A stretch of DNA of 64,000 nucleotides from the NCBI GenBank assembly GCA_963667845.2, contig CAXXVL010000002.1, positions 768,001 to 832,000 on the forward strand. The letters run 5' to 3'. The notes beneath the pieces were generated by a model. The model saw only the letters and a program-made list of their open reading frames with translations. It was not told the origin of the DNA and ran no database searches. Positions 28,569-37,024 of the stretch are shown in pieces. The position numbers and the translations under genes were made by a program. This DNA comes from Smithellaceae bacterium (GTDB lineage: Bacteria; Desulfobacterota; Syntrophia; Syntrophales; Smithellaceae). Each line of letters opens with the position of its first letter. Position 1 is the first letter of the stretch.

Positions 28569-29029
28569 GTGTAAAAAAATGCACGCAGCGCAACGGACTT
28601 TGCAGGTCGACCCTTTCGGCATTGCCGAAGGACATGATATGCTGATAGAGCTTATAAAAAGTAATTCGCAGAATACGGCCACTTTATAAATGGAGAAACG
28701 AGATTTCTTTTTGGATGAAACATGCCCTATCCTTAATCTTCGCAATTCAAGGTTAGGGTTTGATCATTGGCTCGGCCGCGCATGCATAAATGGCTTGCCT
28801 AACTAAGCATTTATTGGTAAAAGCCCAAGTAAATCAAAGGAGACTTATCAGAAGTTATCTACTCTATACGCTGACCGACGCTAAGAAAACGATGTTCTAT
28901 ATTGAGGATATTTACGGCAAGCCGCTAACGAGGTGTTTGGTTCTCATGAAAAATAGAAAGAATTCAGAAATTAAGCCTTATCTAGAGGCACAAAATATTT
29001 TAAAATATTAAACAAGAGAGGAAAAATTT

Positions 29030-30211
29030 ATGAAAGAAGTTGTTATCGTCAGTGGTGCGAGAACGGCAATTGGTGACTACATGGGGTCCCTTTCGGGTTT
29101 CACCCCTGTTCAATTAGGAGTGACTGTTCTCAAGGCGGCTCTTGCCAAGGCGGGTATTGACAAGAATCTGGTCCAGGAAGTCGTCGCGGGTCAATGCAAC
29201 CAGGCCGGTGCGCCGGGAAACAGCGCCCGCCATATCGCTCTGGGTGCGGAATTGCCGGTCGAGTCCTTCGCGTTTACAGTCCATCAGCAGTGCCCTTCGT
29301 CCATGCGTGCGTCCGAATTACTATCCCAGGAAATTATGCTGGGCAAGATTGACGTAGGGGCGGTAGTCGGTATAGAAAGCATGAGCAATGCCCCTTATCT
29401 GCTGTTTGGCGCCCGCAAAGGCTATCGCCTCAATGACGGCGAAAAGATTCAGGACAGCCTGATGATCGGGGGTTTGGTTGATGCGCTCCTGGGTTATCAC
29501 ATGGGCATTACGGCCGATAATATCGCCGATATGTACAAGATTTCCCGTCAGGAGCAGGATGAATGGGCGCTGATGAGCCATCAGCGTGCCTGCGCCGCCA
29601 TTAAAAATGGCTTGTTCAAGGATGAAATCGTTCCTATTGAAGTGAAAACGAGAAAAGGAATGGTTATGTTTGATACTGACGAACATCCCAGATCCGATAC
29701 CAGTATGGAATCTCTCGGTAAGCTCAGACCCGCTTTCAAAAAAGATGGAACGGTTACCGCAGGCAACGCTTCAGGACTCAATGACGCCGGATCCTGCATG
29801 ATCATGATGTCTACTGAAAAGGCAAAAGAATTGGGCGTCAAACCTATTGCCAGAGTCATATCTTCTGCCCCCGGCTCCGTTGAGCCCCGCATTATGGGTA
29901 TGGGCGTTGTTCCGGCAGTCCACAATGCATTGAAGTTCGCCAAGATGAAACTGGAAGACATGGATTATTTCGAATTCAATGAAGCGTTTGCCGCCCAGGT
30001 CATTGGCTGCAACCGTGAACTGAAGATCCCGCTGGACAAGATCAACGCCGTAGGTTCCGGCATCAGCATGGGTCATCCGGTCGGTGCAACCGGCGCAAGA
30101 TTGATTATCACCATGATCAATGAACTGAAGCGTCGCGGCAAGAAACTTGGTTGTGCAGCCCTTTGCGCCAGCGGCGGCCCCGGCCATGCATTTATCGTGG
30201 AGGCACTATAA
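29030..30211 (+). CDS. Acyl-CoA thiolase
   Basis: VIVSGARTAIG, QQCPSS, VTAGNASGLNDAG, NEAFAAQ, GHPVGATGAR, CASGG. Confidence 0.93.
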   Translation: MKEVVIVSGARTAIGDYMGSLSGFTPVQLGVTVLKAALAKAGIDKNLVQEVVAGQCNQAGAPGNSARHIALGAELPVESFAFTVHQQCPSSMRASELLSQEIMLGKIDVGAVVGIESMSNAPYLLFGARKGYRLNDGEKIQDSLMIGGLVDALLGYHMGITADNIADMYKISRQEQDEWALMSHQRACAAIKNGLFKDEIVPIEVKTRKGMVMFDTDEHPRSDTSMESLGKLRPAFKKDGTVTAGNASGLNDAGSCMIMMSTEKAKELGVKPIARVISSAPGSVEPRIMGMGVVPAVHNALKFAKMKLEDMDYFEFNEAFAAQVIGCNRELKIPLDKINAVGSGISMGHPVGATGARLIITMINELKRRGKKLGCAALCASGGPGHAFIVEAL

Positions 30212-30217
30212 TCGTCG

Positions 30218-30298
30218 TCACCTTCCCTGAAAACCACGTGGAGTTGCGCTAAGACTCGCCCAGCTCCTGGTTCCCTTCGTGACAGCGGGGAAAGGTGA
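30218..30298 (+). other. Long imperfect intergenic stem-loop
   Basis: Outer tcaccttccc / ggggaaaggtga; inner acca..ggagttg / cagctcc-tggt. Confidence 0.45.
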
Positions 30299-30365
30299 GC
30301 AATTTATCAATCATTATATCAAGAACATTGTGACCTTTCAGGTCGCAACGGCAGGAGGAAGCAAA

Positions 30366-31826
30366 ATGGCCCTGAAAACGCCCGAGCAGTACGAAGAAAG
30401 TTTACGCAAGATGAATTTCAAAATTTACCTGATGGGAGAGCTGGTAAAGAATTGGGTGGATAACCCGATTATCCGACCTTCCATGAATTCCGTCAAAATG
30501 ACCTATGCTCTGGCGCAAAAGCCGGAATATGAAGATCTGATGACAGCCAAGTCGCATCTGACCGGAGAAAAAATTAACCGGTTCACTCACCTTCATCAGA
30601 GCACGGAAGACCTTGTGAAGAAAGTTAAAATGCAGCGCCTGCTGGGTCAGCAGACAGCTTCCTGCTTTCAGCGCTGCGTAGGCATGGATGCCATGAATGC
30701 AGTGGACAGCACAACCTTTGAAATGGATCAGAAACTCGGCACAAAATATCATGAACGCTTTATCAACTTTCTGAAAATGGTTCAGAAAGAAGATCTGACG
30801 GTGGACGGGGCGATGACGGACGTCAAAGGCGACCGCAGCTTGGCTCCGCATCAGCAGGCCGATCCGGACCTGTTCGTCCACGTCGTCAAGAAAGACGATA
30901 AAGGAATCGTCGTGCGCGGCGCCAAAGCCCATCAGACCGGAGCAGTCAATTCCCACTGGATCCTGGTGATGCCGACAATTGCCATGAGCAAAGATGATGC
31001 GGATTACGCCGTATCGTTCGTCTGTCCTGCAGACACGGAAGGTATTTTTTACATTTACGGTCGTCAGTCCTGCGATACCCGCAAACTTGAGGGCGGCACG
31101 ATTGATGTCGGCAATGCCCAGTTCGGCGGACATGAAGCATTGATGGTTTTCGACAATGTCTTCATCCCCTGGGAAAATGTGCTGATGTGCGGCGAAACAG
31201 AATTCAGCGGCATGCTGGTTGAGCGTTTTGCTGGTTATCACCGCCAGAGCTACGGCGGCTGCAAGGTCGGCGTCGGCGATGTACTGATTGGCGCGGCGGC
31301 GCTGGCGGCGGATTACAACGGCGCGGCCAAGGCTTCCCACATCAAGGACAAACTCATCGAAATGACGCACCTCAATGAAACGCTGTTTTCCTGCGGTATC
31401 GCCTGCTCCTCGCAGGGCCATAAGACAGCCTCGGGCACTTATCTGATCGATCTGCTGCTGGCCAACGTCTGCAAGCAAAACGTTACCCGCTTTCCCTATG
31501 AGATCTGTCGTCTGGCGGAGGATATCGCCGGTGGCATGATGGTAACCATGCCCTCTGAAAAAGACATGAAACACCCTGAGCTTGGCAAGATCATCGAGAA
31601 ATATATGCAGGGCAATCCCAATAGCTGCACTGAAGATCGCGCACGCATCATGCGGCTTGTCGAAAACCTCACGCTCGGCACAGCAGCGGTTGGTTACCGT
31701 ACGGAATCCATGCACGGCGCCGGCTCGCCTCAGGCCCAGCGCATTATGATTGCCCGCCAGGGGAATCTCGAACAAAAGAAAAAGCTGGCCAAGAACATCG
31801 CCGGCATTAAAGAAGAAAAGAAATAG
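30366..31826 (+). CDS. abfD: 4-hydroxybutyryl-CoA dehydratase / vinylacetyl-CoA isomerase
   Basis: MALKTPEQY start after AGGAGG. Fe-S ligands in CFQRCVGMD and YHRQSYGGCK; GAMTDVKGDR; TESMHGAGSPQAQR. Confidence 0.92.
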   Translation: MALKTPEQYEESLRKMNFKIYLMGELVKNWVDNPIIRPSMNSVKMTYALAQKPEYEDLMTAKSHLTGEKINRFTHLHQSTEDLVKKVKMQRLLGQQTASCFQRCVGMDAMNAVDSTTFEMDQKLGTKYHERFINFLKMVQKEDLTVDGAMTDVKGDRSLAPHQQADPDLFVHVVKKDDKGIVVRGAKAHQTGAVNSHWILVMPTIAMSKDDADYAVSFVCPADTEGIFYIYGRQSCDTRKLEGGTIDVGNAQFGGHEALMVFDNVFIPWENVLMCGETEFSGMLVERFAGYHRQSYGGCKVGVGDVLIGAAALAADYNGAAKASHIKDKLIEMTHLNETLFSCGIACSSQGHKTASGTYLIDLLLANVCKQNVTRFPYEICRLAEDIAGGMMVTMPSEKDMKHPELGKIIEKYMQGNPNSCTEDRARIMRLVENLTLGTAAVGYRTESMHGAGSPQAQRIMIARQGNLEQKKKLAKNIAGIKEEKK

Positions 31827-31834
31827 TATACAAA

Positions 31835-31878
31835 GTATACAGGGCGGCCGACCACCGGCTTCCCTGTATATTTCTTTT
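31835..31878 (+). terminator. Probable terminator after abfD
   Basis: gtatacaggg...ccctgtatat followed by a T-rich tail. Confidence 0.5.
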
Positions 31879-31944
31879 AAAATCAAGCGCTTTCTGCGTA
31901 TCTCCCTTCATTAAAACCGACACTGCTCTAGCGGTAATAATCAG

Positions 31945-31974
31945 TTGACTTGCCACTTGTTTCTTCTGTATATT
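31945..31974 (+). promoter_or_regulatory. Candidate sigma70 promoter
   Basis: TTGACT-N18-TATATT about 45 bp upstream of the AOR-ADH gene. Confidence 0.45.
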
Positions 31975-32016
31975 CTATTAAATGATATTATGTTTTTTAT
32001 AACTAAGGAGGTTCCA

Positions 32017-34863
32017 ATGAAAATCCTGCGCGTATCTATGAACAATCATCGAATTGCTTTTGAGAATCTGCCGCCCCAGTGGGCTTACCTGGGCGGCAGC
32101 GCGCTCATCGCCAAGATCCTCAACAAGGAAGTTCCACCTTCCTGTGATCCGCTGGGACGGGAGAACAAACTGATCGTCGCCTGCGGACCCCTCGCCGGCA
32201 CGCGTGCGCCGCAGTTGGGACGTGTTTCCGTTGGAGCCAAAAGCCCGCTCACACAAGGAATAAAAGAGGCGAATTCAGGAGGACCAGCCGGACAGTTTCT
32301 CGACCGGCTGGGCTTTCGTGCCATTGTCTTTGAGCAAATGCCGGAAAACGGAAAGCTGTATAATCTCGTCATCACCAAAGACAAAGCTGAACTCGTCTCG
32401 GCCGACGAATACCGCGGCCTGAAAAATTACGATCTCGTCTCGGCGCTCCATAAGAAGTATTCTGACAAAGTAGCGATCATCTCCACCGGTTTGGCGGGCG
32501 AACGCCAGTATAAAGGAGCTTCGGTTTCGCTTACCGACATTTTCGGCGATCCTTCACGAAATGCCGCGCGCGGCGGATTGGGCGCGGTAATGGGCTCCAA
32601 AGGACTCAAGGCAATTATCATCGACCCGGCGGGTACAGAGCAGGTAGCGATTGCCGATCCGGAAGCCTTCCGCAAAACCGTTCGCGAATGGGCGGATATT
32701 TTGAAACACGACGTCAGCATCAGCCTTTACTCGCGCTTCGGCACGCCTTTCGCCATCAACAACTCCGCCGGTCACGGTTCGCTGCCGGCCATGAATTACC
32801 GCTCCGGCCGCCCCGAAAACTTCTCGGCGGTGAGCGGCAATAACATTCAAAAAATTCTTTTTGAACGGGGCGGCAAAATGCACGGCTGTATGCCGGGCTG
32901 TCTGGTCCAGTGCTCAATCATTTATCCCGACAAAAACGGGCAGAAAATCTGCGCGGCCTATGAGTATGAGAACATCGCACTTCTGGGAACCAATCTGGGC
33001 ATTACCGATAATGACGCCATCGCCCGCCTGAAATTCCTGTGCGATGATATCGGACTCGATGCTATTGAAACAGGCAGCGCCCTGGGAGTCGCCGCCGAAG
33101 CAGGCAAAATGAAATGGGGCGATGCACTTGATGCAGAAAATCTTTTCAAGGAAATCGAAAAGGAAACGCCGCTGGGATTTGCTCTCGCCAACGGCGTTGT
33201 AACTACCGCCAGATTTCTCAATATTGACCGCGTCCCGGCCTTCAAGGGACAGGCCCTTCCCGCGCATGATCCGCGCGCAGTCAAAGGCACAGGAGTCACC
33301 TATTTTTCATCGCCGATGGGCGCTGATCACACAGCCGGCCTCACCTACCGCCAGCCCAAAGACAAGAATGAACAAATCGAAACCTCCCTCAAAACTCAAA
33401 TCAAGGCCGCGGCCTGCGATGCCTTCGGCTACTGTCTGAATGCCGTACCCGGCGAATCGATTTATCCCTTCTTCACCAAATTGATGAATGCGCGCTACGG
33501 GCTGAAACTGTCGGAAGAAGATGTCATCGGCGTTGCCAAGCAGCTCCTGCGCGATCAGCTGGCCTTTAATGCCAAGGCTCAGTTCAACGCCATTGATACA
33601 ACCATTCCGTCTTTCTTCCGTGAAGAATTGATCGCCCCAACCAGTTCTGTTTTTGATGTGAATGAAGCGGAAGTGAAAGACCTGTGGAAAGGCCTGGATG
33701 CGATCAAAGAAAAGGAAAAAGTCTGGGAAATTCGCATCCCGCCGATGCCCGACATTTTAATGGGCGAAGGTGTGGCGAACGGTATGGGCAAAAAGATAAA
33801 AGCTCTGAAGGTCAAGAAGGTCTTTCTGGTTACCGATCCTTTCATGTTCAAAAGCGGCAGGGCGACAGAGGTCGCCGATATCCTGAAAAAGAGCGGCATT
33901 GAGACCGTCATCTTTGCGGAAGTGGAGCCGGATCCGCCCATTGAACTTATCGAGCGGGCGGGTATACTTTACAAGGAAACAGGCTGCGACGGCATCCTCG
34001 GTCTGGGCGGCGGCAGTTCGCTCGACACGGCGAAGACCCTGGGACTGCGCGTGACACACGGTGGCGACTTGCGCGACTACGAAGGCCTTGTCGGCGGCGG
34101 CGGTAAAATCAAACCGATCTTTCCGCCGATCATCTGCATGCCGACCACCTCCGGCACCGGCAGCGAAGTCAATCCCTGCGCCGTTCTGACCGACAAAGCC
34201 CGCGACGTGAAGTTTATTTTGATGAGCAATCATTTTATCCCCAAACTGGCTGTGATTGACCCGCTGTTCACCAAAACCATGCCGCCCGGACTCACGATCG
34301 AATCCGGCATCGATGCATTGTCGCATTGCATCGAAGGCAGTGTGTCGCTGGCGACGCCTTATCATCCCTATTTCGAATCCAAGGCGCTCTTTGGTGTCAA
34401 ACTAATCGGCCGCAGTCTCATCACGGCATACAAAGATCCGAACGACATTCGCGCCCGCACGGACATGTGCATGGCAGCCCTCTGCGGCGGCCTCGCCTTT
34501 CTTAAAGGGCTGGGACTCGGACACGCGCTCACGCACGCCATCGGCGCTCACTACCACCTGCCGCATGGCCGCGCCGCTATTTTCGGCCTGCTGGGTTTTG
34601 TAATCGTCAATAAGGAAACCTGCAAAGATGCTTTCATGGATATGGCGTATCTTATCAACCGCACGGACGATCTGGAGGGAGCCCTGCGTTGGCTCTATAG
34701 CGAATTGAACATTGACCTCCGGCTCAAATCCCAGGGAATCACAAAGGAAGCGCTCAAGGAAATTGCCTTTTACACCTCGCGCGACGCCGTAAATATGGCG
34801 ACGGACCCCACGTCACCCAGTCAGCAAAGAATCCTGGAAGTGCTCACGTCGATGTATAAGTAA
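32017..34863 (+). CDS. Fusion of W/Mo-pterin aldehyde:ferredoxin oxidoreductase (AOR) and iron-containing alcohol dehydrogenase
   Basis: AOR part: AKSPLTQGIKEANSGG, ARGGLGAVMGSKGLKAI, CMPGCLVQC, EYEN, DDIGLDAIE, AHDPR. ADH part: VTDP, GLGGGSSLD, PTTSGTGSE, DALSHCIE, HALTH..HYHLPHG. One uninterrupted frame; RBS AAGGAGG. Confidence 0.92.
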   Translation: MKILRVSMNNHRIAFENLPPQWAYLGGSALIAKILNKEVPPSCDPLGRENKLIVACGPLAGTRAPQLGRVSVGAKSPLTQGIKEANSGGPAGQFLDRLGFRAIVFEQMPENGKLYNLVITKDKAELVSADEYRGLKNYDLVSALHKKYSDKVAIISTGLAGERQYKGASVSLTDIFGDPSRNAARGGLGAVMGSKGLKAIIIDPAGTEQVAIADPEAFRKTVREWADILKHDVSISLYSRFGTPFAINNSAGHGSLPAMNYRSGRPENFSAVSGNNIQKILFERGGKMHGCMPGCLVQCSIIYPDKNGQKICAAYEYENIALLGTNLGITDNDAIARLKFLCDDIGLDAIETGSALGVAAEAGKMKWGDALDAENLFKEIEKETPLGFALANGVVTTARFLNIDRVPAFKGQALPAHDPRAVKGTGVTYFSSPMGADHTAGLTYRQPKDKNEQIETSLKTQIKAAACDAFGYCLNAVPGESIYPFFTKLMNARYGLKLSEEDVIGVAKQLLRDQLAFNAKAQFNAIDTTIPSFFREELIAPTSSVFDVNEAEVKDLWKGLDAIKEKEKVWEIRIPPMPDILMGEGVANGMGKKIKALKVKKVFLVTDPFMFKSGRATEVADILKKSGIETVIFAEVEPDPPIELIERAGILYKETGCDGILGLGGGSSLDTAKTLGLRVTHGGDLRDYEGLVGGGGKIKPIFPPIICMPTTSGTGSEVNPCAVLTDKARDVKFILMSNHFIPKLAVIDPLFTKTMPPGLTIESGIDALSHCIEGSVSLATPYHPYFESKALFGVKLIGRSLITAYKDPNDIRARTDMCMAALCGGLAFLKGLGLGHALTHAIGAHYHLPHGRAAIFGLLGFVIVNKETCKDAFMDMAYLINRTDDLEGALRWLYSELNIDLRLKSQGITKEALKEIAFYTSRDAVNMATDPTSPSQQRILEVLTSMYK

Positions 34864-34865
34864 AG

Positions 34866-34930
34866 AGGCTATTAGACTGCAGGCTGTGAGACTGTTAGGC
34901 TGTGGGGAACGGTCGCGACTGTTCCCTACA
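34866..34930. repeat. Octamer-like tandem repeats plus a REP-like palindrome
   Basis: aggctatt agactgc aggctgtg agactgtt aggc, then tgtggggaacggtcgcgactgttccctaca. Confidence 0.65.
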
Positions 34931-34955
34931 ATTGTCAGACAAGAAGGAGATACCA

Positions 34956-36788
34956 ATGGAATTCAAATACGACATCAGGGATTTGAAGTTTATATTGAAG
35001 GAGTGGCTGCCGACCGGGGAGGTACTGGAATGCGAGCGGTTCTCGGGCAACTTTACGCTCGACGACGTGGACATGCTGCTCAACGAAGGCTATAAAGTAT
35101 CGAAGGAGATCGTGAACCCGATTAACGCGCCGGGGGACAAGATCGGCGTCAAGTTCGAGAAGGGTGTCGTGACCCCTGTACCGGGCTTTCGGGAAGCCTA
35201 CCAGTTTTTGCAGCAAAACGGCTGGGGCTCTTCAAGTGAATGCATTAAAGTGGAAACCGGCATGCCGCTGATTTTGTATAAGGCCAATGCCGAGATCAAC
35301 ACCGCCGCCTGCCCCGCTCTCACCTCCTGCGTGAAGCTGACCTCGGGCGCGGCTAATTTGATTCTACGGTTTGGAACCCAGGAAAACCAGGACATGTTCA
35401 TCCCGAAGATGCTCGACGGCTCCTGGCAGGGGACCATGTGTCTGACGGAACCGAACTTCGGCTCGGATACGGGCGATATCATTACCCGCTCTTATCCCAC
35501 CGATGATCCCCGCATCTGGAAGATCAAGGGCACCAAGATGTTCATCACCGCCGGCGACCAGGGAACCGGGGACAATACGATTCATCTGGTTCTGGCCAGA
35601 CCCGAAGGAGCAGCAGCGGGATCCCCCGGCATCGGCCTTTATATTGTTCCCAAGTACTGGGTCAATGAAGACGGCTCGGTGGGAGATCTCAACGATGTCA
35701 CCACTGTCGGGCTGGAACATAAGATGGGATTGCACGCCCAGGCGACCGCCATGCTCAACTTCGGCGACGACGACAACTGCCGGGGCTTTATGCTGGGACC
35801 GGCGCCGGATGCGAAGGGATTTTCCCAGGGACTGGCCATGATGTTCCACATGATGAACGAATCGCGCATCGGCACGGGACATAATGCCAACACCCAGGGA
35901 GCGGCGGCTTACTACTTTGCTGCCCAATATGCCACCGAACGCATCCAGGGAAGACCCTTCGGCGTTAAGGGAGCAGAAAGAGTCCCCATCATCAAACACG
36001 AAGACATCAGAAGAATGCTTCTGGACATGAAAGCGCATGTCGAAGGCATCCGGGCCATGATCTTTAAGGGATTTTACTACCTGGATATCGAGAACAACTC
36101 AAAAGACAAGGAAAAAGCCAAGAAGTACGCCTCCTTTGCCGAGATCCTCACGCCCCTGGTCAAATGCTACGGATCAGAAGCAAGCTTAGGCGTCATCGCC
36201 CAGGCGATCCAGGTTCTGGGGGGCGTGGGTTACACCCAGGAATACCCCGTGGAACAGTACCTCCGGGATTCCAAGATTCTGACCATCTGGGAGGGCACCT
36301 CCTTCATCCACGCCAACGACCTGATCGGCCGGAAGATGCGCATGAAAGAAGGGGCCGCTTTTGGAGCCTGGATGAAAGACATTAAAGATTTTATTGATGC
36401 GAACAAAAATACCCAGGGCTTTACCAAGGAAATGGATAATCTGGCCAAAGCCTACGAGGCGGCAGAAGAAGTCAAAGCCACCTACGATTGCTGGTACCTC
36501 AACATGGCCACCAAGAGGCAGCTGATTCCTCTCTATGCCATTAAAGCGCTGTTTGTTTTTGCTGAAGTTTACGTGGCGATGTGCCTCATCGACCAGGCAC
36601 TGATTGCGGCAAAGAAAGTGGCCAACTTAAAACCGGGAGACGGCGATTATATATACTACCAGGGCAAGATTGCCTCGGCACGCTATTACGCCAACAACAT
36701 TCTGCCGAATGTCCCCATGCTGGCCAACCTGATCAAGAGCGAAGAGGACACGGTGCTGACCTGTCCGGAGGAAGCGTTGGTCGTCTGA
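34956..36788 (+). CDS. Acyl-CoA dehydrogenase, long (about 600 aa) type
   Basis: GTMCLTEPNFGSD, IKGTKMFITAG, EHKMGLHA, MFHMMNESRIG, AIQVLGGVGY, IWEGTS. RBS AAGGAG. Confidence 0.93.
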   Translation: MEFKYDIRDLKFILKEWLPTGEVLECERFSGNFTLDDVDMLLNEGYKVSKEIVNPINAPGDKIGVKFEKGVVTPVPGFREAYQFLQQNGWGSSSECIKVETGMPLILYKANAEINTAACPALTSCVKLTSGAANLILRFGTQENQDMFIPKMLDGSWQGTMCLTEPNFGSDTGDIITRSYPTDDPRIWKIKGTKMFITAGDQGTGDNTIHLVLARPEGAAAGSPGIGLYIVPKYWVNEDGSVGDLNDVTTVGLEHKMGLHAQATAMLNFGDDDNCRGFMLGPAPDAKGFSQGLAMMFHMMNESRIGTGHNANTQGAAAYYFAAQYATERIQGRPFGVKGAERVPIIKHEDIRRMLLDMKAHVEGIRAMIFKGFYYLDIENNSKDKEKAKKYASFAEILTPLVKCYGSEASLGVIAQAIQVLGGVGYTQEYPVEQYLRDSKILTIWEGTSFIHANDLIGRKMRMKEGAAFGAWMKDIKDFIDANKNTQGFTKEMDNLAKAYEAAEEVKATYDCWYLNMATKRQLIPLYAIKALFVFAEVYVAMCLIDQALIAAKKVANLKPGDGDYIYYQGKIASARYYANNILPNVPMLANLIKSEEDTVLTCPEEALVV

Positions 36789-36910
36789 CATCGGAAAATA
36801 CCCGGATACGGCGTTGCGCTTCAGCCCTCATCGTTGCGGCGTACCCCAAGGGTACGTCTCACTCCTCGGACTTCGCGCGCCTTGTCTCCGGGATATTTTG
36901 CGATGCCAGA
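36784..36910. repeat. About 125-bp MITE-like imperfect palindromic element
   Basis: Arms tctgacatcggaaaatacccggatacggcg / cgccttgtctccgggatattttgcgatgccaga; inner hairpin cgtaccc-caa-gggtacg. Confidence 0.7.
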
Positions 36911-37024
36911 ATTAACCGCCCCTCTTTTTAATTTTTTTCATTATTGATTCTTTTCGAAAAGAGCTTAGATTCTAAAAAGCCAGTTTAAGTAACCTGAATG
37001 CATCAAACTCTAAAGGAGATGGAT

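Noticed and set aside
28570..29029. 73-aa ORF and small palindrome ttcggcattgccgaa upstream of the thiolase
   Set aside because: AT-rich, promoter-like DNA; the ORF has no motif or RBS and the palindrome has no independent support.
30402..31886. 494-aa minus-strand ORF
   Set aside because: Antisense shadow of abfD with no recognisable motifs. The same applies to the many shorter ORFs overlapping well-supported genes.
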